This document shows, piece after piece, positions 19,878 to 29,687 of a stretch of DNA of 64,000 nucleotides. Origin of the DNA: an uncultured Armatimonadetes bacterium (GTDB lineage Bacteria; Armatimonadota; UBA5829; DTJY01); assembly GCA_963717145.1 (NCBI GenBank), contig OY970325.1, forward strand, positions 544,001 to 608,000, in the 5' to 3' direction. Position numbers and translations under genes: made by a program. The notes below the pieces were generated by a model. It was not told the origin of the DNA and did not search any database. It saw nothing but the letters and a program-made list of their open reading frames with translations. Each line of letters opens with the position of its first letter. The stretch's first letter is position 1.

Positions 19878-21149
19878 CTATGGCTTGGAGTAGCGTTCGA
19901 CTCGCACCTTCGCGGTGATCCCGTGGGCGAGCATGTGCTCTAGGTTGCACTGGCGCTCGGTGACCGCGCCGATCTCGCGGCTGGCCTCCGGGGTCATGCG
20001 CTGGTAGGTGCACGTCTTCAGGAACTTGCCGACCCAGACGCCGCCGGTGTATCGGGCCGCCCGGCTCGTCGGGAGGATGTGGTTCGTGCCGATGCACTTG
20101 TCGCCATATGCGACGGTCGTCTCCTCGCCGATGAAGAGCGACCCGTAGTTACCCAGTCTGTCAAAGAAGAAGTCACGATCCTGTACATGAAGCTCCAGGT
20201 GCTCGGGCGCGTAGTCGTCGCTGAGGGCGACTGCTTCCTCGGGGTTCTCGGCGGCATAGACGATGCCGTTGTTGTCCCATGAGATCGATGCCACGTCTGC
20301 GGTCGGGAGCGTCAGGAGTTGCTTCTCGACCTCAGCGATCGTCCGGCGTGCGAAATCCTCGCTCAGGGTGATCAGGCAGATACCGCTGTTCGGATCGTGT
20401 TCCGCCTGCCCGAGGAGGTCACATGCTACGAGGGATGGATCAGCGTGGTCGTCGGCGATCACCAGGATCTCCGTCGGACCGGCGAGCAGATCGATGCCAC
20501 ACCGGCCGAAGAGTTGACGTTTCGCTTCCGTGACGTACTTGTTTCCCGCGCCGCAGAGGACATCGACCGCCTCAACGTCGCCGAGGCCGAACGCCATCAT
20601 TGCCAGCGCCGGGACGCCCCCGAGGATGAAGACCCGGTCCGCGCCGGCCTTCCTGATCGCATTGATTGTCGCGGGATAGTATCCCTGGCCCTTGACCGGC
20701 GGAGTGCATGCCACGACCGTCTTGACTCCCGCTACTTTCGCCGGGATGATGCTCATCTGCGCGGACCCGAACATCGGGTATCGTCCGCCGGGGATGTAGC
20801 TCCCGACCGAGTTCACGGGGATGTGCCTGTGTCCGAGGACGACTCCCGGCCTGATCTCGGTCTCCAGAGGCCGCATCGTCTCCAGTTGGGCCTGAGCGAA
20901 CGCCCGGACGTTGGCCTGGCAGTAATCCGTGTCGGCGATGGCCTGCTCCGAAAGGCTCGATATCGCCTCGTCGATCTGCTCATCCGTTAACTCGAAGCTC
21001 TCGGGGCTCCAGTCGTCGAACTTGGCGCTGTATCGACGTACCGCATCCATGCCGTTTCGTTCGAGATCGGTAAGCATCTCGCTGACGATTCGTGTCGTCT
21101 CAGGATCGCTTTCGAACAGCCGATGAATACCCTGCTTGATGACCTTCAT
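19878..21149 (-). CDS. Histidinol dehydrogenase homolog (HisD2 / HpsN-like clade)
   Basis: YIPGGRYP, PAKVAGV, GAGNKYV, IDLLAGPTE, GQAEHD, YAPEHLE, YGDKCIGTNHILPT. GPTE and GDK..GTNH differ from canonical HisD (GPSE, GDY..GxNH), and there is no his operon context. Confidence 0.85.
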   Translation of the reverse strand: MKVIKQGIHRLFESDPETTRIVSEMLTDLERNGMDAVRRYSAKFDDWSPESFELTDEQIDEAISSLSEQAIADTDYCQANVRAFAQAQLETMRPLETEIRPGVVLGHRHIPVNSVGSYIPGGRYPMFGSAQMSIIPAKVAGVKTVVACTPPVKGQGYYPATINAIRKAGADRVFILGGVPALAMMAFGLGDVEAVDVLCGAGNKYVTEAKRQLFGRCGIDLLAGPTEILVIADDHADPSLVACDLLGQAEHDPNSGICLITLSEDFARRTIAEVEKQLLTLPTADVASISWDNNGIVYAAENPEEAVALSDDYAPEHLELHVQDRDFFFDRLGNYGSLFIGEETTVAYGDKCIGTNHILPTSRAARYTGGVWVGKFLKTCTYQRMTPEASREIGAVTERQCNLEHMLAHGITAKVRVERYSKP

Positions 21150-21185
21150 CTCCGCCTCCCATAGGTCCCATCGGTCCCATACGTC

Positions 21186-22442
21186 CTATCTCCGCCGAAC
21201 CTTCTCCGCTGTGTTGCGAATCCCGGTGACCGCATCCTCGATCTCGCGGTCGGTCAGGCGGGGGTGCATCGCGATGTTGAACTCGCGGTGATAGAAGAAC
21301 TTCTCATGGACCGGGCAGAGATGATCCCCGTAGCCGAGCTTCTTCAGGGCGTCGAAGTGATACGTCGGCTGATAGTGGAGTATCCCCTGGACGCCTTCCT
21401 CCCTATAGAGCACGCGCATGAAGTCGTCCCGGCTCGCACCAAGCTGACCCTCGTCGATGCAGACCGTGTAGAGGTGATAGACGTGGTAGCAGTTCGGGTC
21501 CTCGTAGACCGGAGTGACGCCCTTGATGCCCTTCAAACCCTCGCTGATCCGCCGACCGAACTCGCGGCGCTTCTCGTTCAGCATCGGGAGCTTCCGCAGT
21601 TGCGCGCGCCCGACCGCCGCCTGAATCTCGTTCATGCGGTAGTTGTTGCCCCACTTGCCGTTGACATCGACGATGTTGAAGTGCGACGGAATCCAGTAGT
21701 CGGTCTGATCGGGCCACGGCTCGAGGTTCATGCACCTGAGCTTCTCGATCGGATCGACCAGGTCGTCGCGGTTGGTCGTGATCATGCCGCCCTCGCCGCA
21801 GGTGGTCATGTTCTTGAGCGAATGGAAGCTGAAGCACCCCACGTCGCCGATGCTCCCGGCCTTGCGCCCCTTGTACTCTGCGCCGGGAGTGTGCGCGCAG
21901 TCCTCCAGGACGAACAGCTTGTGCTTGCGTGCGATCTCCATGATCGGGTCCATGTCGCACATCTGCCCGCCGTAGTGGACGACGTAGATTGCCTTGGTCT
22001 TCGGCGTGATCTTGCTCTCGATCTCCTTCGGGTCGATGTTGAACGTCCGCGGATCGATGTCCGCGAAGACCGGTCGCGCGTCTTCCTTCAGGACGACGAG
22101 CGACGTGGCGATGAACGTGTTCGGGGTGACGATCACCTCATCGCCCGGGCCGATGCCGAAGGCCTGCGTGCAGATGTGCATCGCCGTCGTGCAGTTCGAC
22201 GAGGCAAACGCGTGCTTCGTCCCGCACATCGCCGCGAACTCCTTCTGGAATCCGGCGACCTGCGGCCCCATGGTGAGCGTGTCCTGCTGCATCGCCTCCC
22301 ACGCGGCGTTCTTCTCGTCGTCGTCGTAGATGGAGCCGAAGAAGGCATAAGGCACCTTCAGCACGACCCCATCGTCCATTGCATAGCTGCTCGTGATACC
22401 GCCCTCGGTATCCGATCCGGTGAACTTCTCCTTGTCTTCCAT
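21186..22442 (-). CDS. DegT/DnrJ/EryC1/StrS-family PLP aminotransferase
   Basis: SNCTTAMH, GPGDEVIV, VHYGGQMCDM, EDCAH, CFSFHSLKNMTTCGEGGM, NYRMNEIQAAVG. Confidence 0.93.
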   Translation of the reverse strand: MEDKEKFTGSDTEGGITSSYAMDDGVVLKVPYAFFGSIYDDDEKNAAWEAMQQDTLTMGPQVAGFQKEFAAMCGTKHAFASSNCTTAMHICTQAFGIGPGDEVIVTPNTFIATSLVVLKEDARPVFADIDPRTFNIDPKEIESKITPKTKAIYVVHYGGQMCDMDPIMEIARKHKLFVLEDCAHTPGAEYKGRKAGSIGDVGCFSFHSLKNMTTCGEGGMITTNRDDLVDPIEKLRCMNLEPWPDQTDYWIPSHFNIVDVNGKWGNNYRMNEIQAAVGRAQLRKLPMLNEKRREFGRRISEGLKGIKGVTPVYEDPNCYHVYHLYTVCIDEGQLGASRDDFMRVLYREEGVQGILHYQPTYHFDALKKLGYGDHLCPVHEKFFYHREFNIAMHPRLTDREIEDAVTGIRNTAEKVRRR

Positions 22443-22656
22443 TTGACGTAGACCTCCATTCGGCTGATTCTGATTGCACTTTACGACGCCTCCTGCACGA
22501 TGTCATTCTGTGTGGCTCGCCAGTGTGGCGATGTTCTCGGCGGAATATGAGTGCCGTCTGCCGATACAGTGCCCGCCTGGGAAGCGGTATGGACATTAGC
22601 CTCGTGGCATCGAGTTATCAGTAACAAAGAGCAACGGCAAGGCTGCGCGAGAACGG

Positions 22657-24213
22657 CTAGCACGTGACAGGAGCGAAAACGTACCAAACAAAGAACTTGT
22701 CCAGACTATCCTTAAGCGTAGCATCGCACATCAAGGTCATAGGGACAGACTGAATGCTGTTAAGCGCGGTATCCAGCGACTGGGGGATGACAGGTGCAAC
22801 GGGCAAGATATACGTGGACAGATCGTCGGTATTGTCCCGGAAGATGATGAATCTGACCGGCGGCCGGCTCAACTCAGCGACTGCATACCTCAGGTTGTTC
22901 TTCTTCTGCTGCAGCCACGAAACAAACTTGCCATAGTGACCGAAAAAGACGTAGATGACTGGCCGTCCTTTCAGTATCTGCTTGACAGGCTCCATCAACC
23001 CACCTCCGATGCCTTCTAGTAGATCCCATGTGAAATAGACGACGATGGTCTTGCCATCTAGCAGATGGGAACCCGCCAGCGCGTAACAGGGATGCACCAT
23101 AGAGAAGCTCGCCTTCATAGGTGGGGACAAGGTAGTGTAGAAGTTGATGTTAATGCCACCGTATGTCACATTCTCCGGATTGGCCGCTAACCCCAGCTCT
23201 ATCAAGTCGCATTCCTGACATGCGCTGTTGTCCATGTGGAATACATAGGTGTCAGGCGTTACATAACGAGTCGGTTGGCTAGCGAAGAAGATACTCTCGC
23301 CCAACTCACCAGGAAAGCCCTTGGAGTTGTCACGGGCCTGCTTCAAGACGAATACGTCGATAGGGCTCAGCCCAAGGGAATCCGCATCGTCAAGCAGAGC
23401 GTTGGCAATCAATCTTGGCAAGTCTCTGCTGGAGACTTGTGACCGACAGTTGTACTTATTCTCAAGTGACTGCTTCACGGAAGGGGGCAATCCCCCTTTC
23501 TTCATCGAGACTCGGAACTCCTGGAAGAGACCAGTGAATCTGCTGTCCGCCGATTGCTCAGAACAGCCGCACACCTGTCTGAAGCTGGGCAGGTCACCTA
23601 AGACTCGAGCGATCGCATCCATGTCCACATTCATTGCAAGCGAAGCCAAGAAGGCAGTATAACCTAGCCATTCCTCAAGGGGAACCCCATTTCTACTGAG
23701 CAGATCGATGGCTGGTCTTGTGAACGCAAGGTAAGGTGACGGCTGATCAGGTTCACTGTCTCGATGCCCGGCGAGATACCCCTCTGCAGTTTCCTTGCCG
23801 AACACAGTGTGAAGTGAGACATAGGCCGACATAGTGGCGTGCGTTTCCTGGGCAAAGATGCTGGATCCCGTCACGACGCTTAGGTATTGGCGAAGTAGCT
23901 CGGCCAACTTATTAAATGGTGGGCTTTTCGGGGCCGTCTCATATATATTCCTGAGGTGGAGTTGCAGGTGTCCGGTAGCTGTAGCCAGTGTAAGCGTGCT
24001 GTGCGCATTTTCGTGTACTAGTGTGGCCGCTAGGAGTTCAGGCGTCAGGTGCGGCCAGGCGAAATAGCGTGCCTGAGCAATCAGGAAGTCATAAGATCCA
24101 AGGGTGATAAACTCACGATAGGAATCGGCGATTGGCCCAGCCAAGTCTGGATCATCTGTGCACGTATCATAGAAGACCCTTGGTATCTGAATCTGATATG
24201 TGTCCTGTTCCAC
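22657..24213 (-). CDS. Hypothetical protein with an HExxH metal-binding motif
   Basis: 518-aa ORF with LVHENAHS and a downstream QETHA; lower GC; has its own promoter. Confidence 0.65.
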   Translation of the reverse strand: MEQDTYQIQIPRVFYDTCTDDPDLAGPIADSYREFITLGSYDFLIAQARYFAWPHLTPELLAATLVHENAHSTLTLATATGHLQLHLRNIYETAPKSPPFNKLAELLRQYLSVVTGSSIFAQETHATMSAYVSLHTVFGKETAEGYLAGHRDSEPDQPSPYLAFTRPAIDLLSRNGVPLEEWLGYTAFLASLAMNVDMDAIARVLGDLPSFRQVCGCSEQSADSRFTGLFQEFRVSMKKGGLPPSVKQSLENKYNCRSQVSSRDLPRLIANALLDDADSLGLSPIDVFVLKQARDNSKGFPGELGESIFFASQPTRYVTPDTYVFHMDNSACQECDLIELGLAANPENVTYGGININFYTTLSPPMKASFSMVHPCYALAGSHLLDGKTIVVYFTWDLLEGIGGGLMEPVKQILKGRPVIYVFFGHYGKFVSWLQQKKNNLRYAVAELSRPPVRFIIFRDNTDDLSTYILPVAPVIPQSLDTALNSIQSVPMTLMCDATLKDSLDKFFVWYVFAPVTC

Positions 24214-24257
24214 TGTGACCCCCGCTAGAAGGATGGCGACAAGTTGCCTTGCATCAG

Positions 24258-24286
24258 ATCATAGCCCAGTGGAGCGCGCATGTCAA
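24258..24286 (-). promoter_or_regulatory. Sigma70-type promoter of the HExxH gene
   Basis: TTGACA-17 bp-TATGAT on the minus strand. Confidence 0.7.
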
Positions 24287-24376
24287 TAGAGCAGCCGCAA
24301 GCCTAATCTGATGCTGAGGTAGGTTTCACTCTCACATACGTGATGAGGGAGAGCTGAGGGTGGCCTGGCCGAGACA

Positions 24377-25930
24377 TCATCTTGTGACTCCGAGCAGCGT
24401 AACAATCGACCTTGGGGGGATGCGGATATCATCCGCAGGAATAGCGCTCTTCCGCAGGGACTGCGTCTGGGATGTCGTGTAGGCATCGAATGTGTCTCCC
24501 TTCATCCCGAGTCCCGAAAGACTGACGGCCTGCATCTGCATCGTGCAGTTGACGGTGACGATCACCAACTGCCTCGTCTTCTTGTCCAGGTAGGCCGAGA
24601 CCATGAGGCTGGTGACGGCGTCGAGAGGCGAGCGATGATCGTCATAGGTCACGCCGACGCGCATCATGCCCGGCCTCACGAACCGTGAGAAGTTGCCGAG
24701 CGCCCAGAGCAACTTCGAAGGGAGCACCTTGCCATCGTTCATCGGATCGTCGCCCTCGATGTAGATCAGCCCATCCTTGTAGTCGGCCTGGGAGACCGCG
24801 AGCCACCAGGACCAGTGGGTTGCATCGGCGATCGTCAAGTCGCTGTGGATCACCCGCGCGACGTAGAGCGCCGTGTCCATGCCGAGATCGCGTCCGTGCC
24901 CGTGAGTGATCTCATCGTTCGCTTCCAGAATGCAGAACTCGGTCTGCCAGTACCCAAGCTTCGGGTCGATGCGCTTGATCGAGTCCCGCAGTTCCTCGCG
25001 TTTGCTTATCTGCGTTGAAAGCGGCCAGGTCGTGAAGTAGCTGTGCCCGGATATCACGCGAGCAACGTTTTGTATCTTGCCGAGGTACTGCTCGGAAGAC
25101 GGGTTCCAGAATGCGTCGATCTGGTCGCCACGGGGATTCTCCTTCGTTGCATCAGTGAGGTAGTCGAGACTGGCCGCCTCAGCGATCATCACCTTCGACG
25201 GCAGCCCCTTGTCGTGCAGTCCCTTCGCGATCAGACTGGTCAGCTCGTGGACCTCGGCGTTGCTCGCGGGAGTGCCCTCCTGCTTCTCACTATCCCAAGC
25301 CCATTGTGGCTCGTTAACCGGACTGATGTAGTCGAGATCGAGGCCCTTGTCATGGAAGTGCTCGGCGACATCGGCGAGGAAGCCGGCGAACGACGGCATC
25401 GCCCCGTCGCGAATGTTCATGGTCGATCGTCCGGCGTCCGAATGAGCGATGCCGTTGAGGGTAAGGTGAACGGGTGCGGAGATCGTGAACCCCAGCAGGT
25501 AAGGCACGCCTCGTGAGTGCGCGGCCTCGAGGAACCACTGCTCGCCCTTCTGCTTGTACCAGTCGTAAGAGCCGTCCGCGTTCAGGAAGCACTCGGCTCG
25601 ATGCCAGGGTGTGTGAATGCTGCTGGCATCTCCCTGTTCCGCGCTTCCCGCCCCGATGTTGAAGCGCCACATCGAGAGCGCGATCCCTTTCGGGTTGCCC
25701 TTGCTGTCGACCTCCTGGCTGAACAGCAGATCAGCGATCTCCTCGCGCTTTTCGATCGGCCAGTTCTTGCCGACGAACTGGCATGTCCACGCGTCCGATG
25801 CGCCAAAGCTGTGCATGACCTGCTTCTCGTCGTGGAGATCGATGGTAATGCCGACGGTCTTTGCTTCAGCTTGAGTCATCATTCCGACCAGTATCCCGAG
25901 GGCAGCGAGTATCAGTCTGCCATCAACCAT
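24377..25930 (-). CDS. Glycoside hydrolase family 30, secreted
   Basis: FGASDAW, LSMWRFNIGAGS, ISPVNEPQW (acid/base), WQTEFC (nucleophile), LWALGNFSRFVRPG. Confidence 0.88.
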   Translation of the reverse strand: MVDGRLILAALGILVGMMTQAEAKTVGITIDLHDEKQVMHSFGASDAWTCQFVGKNWPIEKREEIADLLFSQEVDSKGNPKGIALSMWRFNIGAGSAEQGDASSIHTPWHRAECFLNADGSYDWYKQKGEQWFLEAAHSRGVPYLLGFTISAPVHLTLNGIAHSDAGRSTMNIRDGAMPSFAGFLADVAEHFHDKGLDLDYISPVNEPQWAWDSEKQEGTPASNAEVHELTSLIAKGLHDKGLPSKVMIAEAASLDYLTDATKENPRGDQIDAFWNPSSEQYLGKIQNVARVISGHSYFTTWPLSTQISKREELRDSIKRIDPKLGYWQTEFCILEANDEITHGHGRDLGMDTALYVARVIHSDLTIADATHWSWWLAVSQADYKDGLIYIEGDDPMNDGKVLPSKLLWALGNFSRFVRPGMMRVGVTYDDHRSPLDAVTSLMVSAYLDKKTRQLVIVTVNCTMQMQAVSLSGLGMKGDTFDAYTTSQTQSLRKSAIPADDIRIPPRSIVTLLGVTR

Positions 25931-26000
25931 GAACCATCAACCATTCCCCTGGCCGGCATCACAGCCTGCGCTGACTTGAGCAGGTCATGAATAATGCGGG

Positions 26001-27296
26001 CTAGCTGTATGCCCTGAGGTCGTCCGGCATGCCCCGTAGCATGTATTTCGCGAACGGGAAGAACGCAAGCGACACCCCCGCCATCAGCAGGAAGACCGTC
26101 TTGTACGGAAGCCAGTCGCACATGTAGCCGATCATGATCGGGCCGATGGTTAGCGCGAGGTACATCAGGATGATCTGCACCGTGAAGTGCCCGGCCCGGT
26201 GCTCCGGTGACGGAAGGCCGCAGATGAGCGCGGTCTGCGCGGATATCAGCCCGGTGACGCATATCGTCCCAAGCGCCATGCCCGCGTAGACTCCGAGCGC
26301 GCCGGGGATGAGTATCGGCGCGACCCAGGCGGCCGCGGCGGTGAAGAAGATGTACGGCAGAGTGCGCTTCGGAGTCAGGCGGTCGATGAAGAGGCCCATC
26401 GGTGCGCTCGTGACCAACTTCGATACCTGGGCGACGATCGTCATGATCGCCGCCGTCCACAGCGCCATCTTCACCTGTTTGAAGCCGTAGATGCTGATGA
26501 AGTTGAACGTTGTCGTGTAGAAGAACGTGCTGTAGAGCCCGTAGAGTATCAGCAGCTTGACGTAAGGCTTGTCGCGCCAGAGAGCCGCGAACATCTCGCG
26601 CGAGTAGGGTGGCGGCGACTGCTCCACCGGTGTGCGCGTCTCCTTCGCGAAGAGGGCGCTCGTGTATCCCAACTGGCAGAACGCCCACCCCAGGAGGAGC
26701 ACCAGCCCGAACGACGCCGGCTTGGGCTGAGTCTGAAGTATCCACTTCCCGAGCAGCGCCGCGCCGATCGCAGTCCCGCCCGCCGCACTGTACGCGTATC
26801 CCGTGAGCCGTCCGCGATGGCTCATTGGGATGCAGGCCGCGATGTACTCGGTGCAGGGCAGGGTGACGAATCCTCCGAAGAACCAGTGTGTGAGATAGAG
26901 CCCGAACACCCAGAGCAGGAGCGTGTGATGGCTGAATCCCAGCCGGACGCTGTAGACCGCGAGAATCCCCATGACCGCGATGGCCGTGAGGTAGGGGATG
27001 TTGCCGCCGAAGAGATACCATTTCTTGAACGGAAACCGCCTGGTGATCCACGGCGAGAGTAGCACGCCGATCAGCCCCATGAACACCGCGCCGTTGACGT
27101 AGCCGATCATCGCGTTCGATGCGCCGAGGAAGACGAGCAGTGGCTGGAGCGCGAGGTTGATATCCGCCGATCCCGTCCAGAAGGTGGTCTCGAGCATGAC
27201 CAGCGAGATCATGTTCCGGCGGATTACCTTCTCGGGCATCACTTCCGGGCCGGGCGTATCCAGGCATGCAACCGTCGGGCTGTCGATCTCAGTCAT
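26001..27296 (-). CDS. MFS transporter
   Basis: About 12 hydrophobic segments and IPMSHRGRL; start set at ATG 27296 with an upstream GGAGAG. Confidence 0.82.
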   Translation of the reverse strand: MTEIDSPTVACLDTPGPEVMPEKVIRRNMISLVMLETTFWTGSADINLALQPLLVFLGASNAMIGYVNGAVFMGLIGVLLSPWITRRFPFKKWYLFGGNIPYLTAIAVMGILAVYSVRLGFSHHTLLLWVFGLYLTHWFFGGFVTLPCTEYIAACIPMSHRGRLTGYAYSAAGGTAIGAALLGKWILQTQPKPASFGLVLLLGWAFCQLGYTSALFAKETRTPVEQSPPPYSREMFAALWRDKPYVKLLILYGLYSTFFYTTTFNFISIYGFKQVKMALWTAAIMTIVAQVSKLVTSAPMGLFIDRLTPKRTLPYIFFTAAAAWVAPILIPGALGVYAGMALGTICVTGLISAQTALICGLPSPEHRAGHFTVQIILMYLALTIGPIMIGYMCDWLPYKTVFLLMAGVSLAFFPFAKYMLRGMPDDLRAYS

Positions 27297-27407
27297 CCGT
27301 CTCTCCCTGAAACAGTCGGTGATTAGAATGATCTTCGACGCGTGCGGCCCAGTATCATCCTTTGGAGTGCGGTGGCTCGACACCGCCTTGCTGGTGTTTC
27401 GGCACGG

Positions 27408-27570
27408 CCACAACGCTTGTGGTTAGGCCCACAGCGCCCGTGGTTGCATTCGATTCGCTTGTGGTTACAACCTCAACGCTTGTGGTTGCATTCGATTCTC
27501 TTGTGGTTACAACCTCAACGCTTGTGGTTGAGCCCACAACGCCTGTGGTTAGGCCCACAACGCTTGAGAT
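27408..27570. repeat. Eight degenerate 21-bp tandem repeats (CACAACGCTTGTGGTT core)
   Basis: GTGGTT anchors at 27419, 27440, 27461, 27482, 27503, 27524, 27545 (degenerate copy at 27566). Confidence 0.85.
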
Positions 27571-27620
27571 TCCGGCAAGCCGGCTCGAATGAGCTATCCC
27601 ATGGCCGGCGAGGCATTGAG

Positions 27621-29687
27621 CTATGGAGGAGATGGGCCTGGCGTGCCGTGCTCGGTTCTTGCCAGGATGTCCTCCTGCACGACTCGGTCGAGCGTAGCGA
27701 AGTGCGCGGAGAAGCCCGACACGCGAACGACCAGGTCGCCGTAGTCCTGCGGGTGCTCCATTGCCTCGCGAAGTATATCCCCATCGACCGTGTTGAACTG
27801 CAGTTCCGCGCCGCCGAGCTTGAAGCATGTCCTGATAAGCACCGCAAGCGCCCTGAGGCCCGCCTCGCCCTCGATAGCGGACGGGTGCAGCTTGATGTTG
27901 ACCACGTTGCCGCCGTGACAGAGCCGGTAGGGGAGCTTCGAGATCGAGCGGATTGTGGCCGTGATGCCGCTGACATCGCGCCCGAATGTGGGGCTTGCAG
28001 CGTCCGATACCGGCTGTTGCGCCAGACGTCCGTCGGGACTTGCGCCGAGTTCCGCGCCCGCGGAGATGTTCTGCACGTTCGCGGCCATGAGCCCCCAGTA
28101 GTAGCCGCCCTGCGGGGTGCGGTACTTCAGCATCTCAGTACCGAAGTCGCCGGCAAAGCGAGCCGCGATGTCGTCCACTTCCGCGATGTCGTTGCCATAC
28201 TTCGGCGCGCCCCTGAGCAGGAGTTGCCGCTCGCGCTCGCAGCCCTCGAAGTTCGCGCTGAGCATGCGTCGCAGATCGTCGAGCATGAACCGGCGCTCGT
28301 CGTAGACGAACCGCTTGACGGCCATGAGCGCGTCGGCGGTGACCCCGATCCCCATGCCAGCGACCCCGTGATTTGCGGGATAGATTGCGCCTCCATCGTT
28401 CAGGTCCCGCCCTCGTTCGATGCAGTCCTGAGTGAGCGCGCTCATCAACGGGCTGGTGAAATCGGCGGCCCGGGCGTGGCTCGGCGCTTTGGCGGCGTCC
28501 ATCTGCTCGATGTGTTCTCGCAAGTCCGACCGCATCTGCTCGAGGCAGGCGTCGTAGAAGGCTTCCCACGTGGGCGGATTGCCGTGCGAAAGCGCCGAAT
28601 CGACGCATTTCAGCAGGTTGAAGCGGCTGTCCGACCACGGGGCGGACTTGCCGGGGATCGAAGTCTCGATGCAGCCGACGAAGCAGTAGTCGCGCGCGTC
28701 CTCGATCGGGAAGCCGAGGTCCGTGAGCGCGGGGATCATCACCTCGTCGTTCACGACCGCGGGGTATCCGATCCCGGTCCGTATCACCTCAGCGCACTTC
28801 TCGACGAAGGGCAGGGGAGTGTCGTGATTGATGCGCGCGGTGACGTTGCCGCCGGGCCGACCGACGCGCTTGCACGCTTCGAGGATGAGGAAGCTCAACT
28901 CGTTCGTCGCGTCCGAGCCGTCCTCGGGGTTCACGCCGCCGATCGCGATGTTCTGCACATCCCCGTACACAGCGGTGATCTTGGCGAAGAAGTGCTCCAG
29001 GATGCGCAGCGTCTCCTCCTGTGCAAGATCGTCCGCGCGGTAGAATGGATACAGGTACTGGTCGAGCCGCCCGAAAGCCATCGCGTAGCGGTCGTCGATC
29101 TGCATCAGGGAATGGAAGCTGTAGACAAGCTGTAAGGCCTCCTGGAACGTGCGGGGCGTGCCCTCTGCGAGGTGCTCCATCATGTCGGCATGGGGCGAGA
29201 CCTCCGAGTAGCGCCGCATGAACGCCGATGCGCCCTCGACCGCGATCTCCATCGAGCGGAGGAAGGTGATCTTGTCGCTGTCCGTCTGCCCTTGGATCGA
29301 GTCGCGGATATGCGTCTTCAGGCCGCCGAGCCCAAGTCGGAGGAGCGTGGGATAGTCGGGTGCATGGTGATCCGAGTGATCGCCGAAGCCTCGCGCGCCG
29401 ACCGAACTCAGGCACTCGGCGTCCCGGGCCTGGTCGGCGGAATCGTACTCGTGTCCGAGGCAGTGGAACTTCCCGCATCCGACGAGGAGTTCTCCCGGCC
29501 AGACGGGGAGTTCGCACCGGGCGAGGACGGCGTTCAGAGCCTTCGCCCGGCGGATCGTCATCGGCTCGCCCTCGGTCGAGCGGAACGACTCCGCGCGCCA
29601 GTGTGCCGAGATCAGATGCGGCCGCTCTCGGATGTATCGGTCGACGTGCCCGGTAAGCTCTCGATGGGCCAGGGCATCATTCTGCAT
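27621..29687 (-). CDS. Glycyl radical enzyme (PFL2/dehydratase-like family), GRE1
   Basis: Cys loop YCFVGCIE; Gly loop LVVRVSGFSAHF; FGRLDQYLYP, PKYGND, ASPDGR. Confidence 0.92.
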   Translation of the reverse strand: MQNDALAHRELTGHVDRYIRERPHLISAHWRAESFRSTEGEPMTIRRAKALNAVLARCELPVWPGELLVGCGKFHCLGHEYDSADQARDAECLSSVGARGFGDHSDHHAPDYPTLLRLGLGGLKTHIRDSIQGQTDSDKITFLRSMEIAVEGASAFMRRYSEVSPHADMMEHLAEGTPRTFQEALQLVYSFHSLMQIDDRYAMAFGRLDQYLYPFYRADDLAQEETLRILEHFFAKITAVYGDVQNIAIGGVNPEDGSDATNELSFLILEACKRVGRPGGNVTARINHDTPLPFVEKCAEVIRTGIGYPAVVNDEVMIPALTDLGFPIEDARDYCFVGCIETSIPGKSAPWSDSRFNLLKCVDSALSHGNPPTWEAFYDACLEQMRSDLREHIEQMDAAKAPSHARAADFTSPLMSALTQDCIERGRDLNDGGAIYPANHGVAGMGIGVTADALMAVKRFVYDERRFMLDDLRRMLSANFEGCERERQLLLRGAPKYGNDIAEVDDIAARFAGDFGTEMLKYRTPQGGYYWGLMAANVQNISAGAELGASPDGRLAQQPVSDAASPTFGRDVSGITATIRSISKLPYRLCHGGNVVNIKLHPSAIEGEAGLRALAVLIRTCFKLGGAELQFNTVDGDILREAMEHPQDYGDLVVRVSGFSAHFATLDRVVQEDILARTEHGTPGPSPP

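Noticed and set aside
19878-21149. Canonical hisD
   Set aside because: Motif variants and the lack of his-operon context point to the HisD2/HpsN-like clade.
27342-29135. 597-aa plus-strand ORF with QRLWL heptad repeats
   Set aside because: It is the antisense shadow of GRE1 plus read-through of the 21-bp DNA repeat; no RBS or protein-family features.
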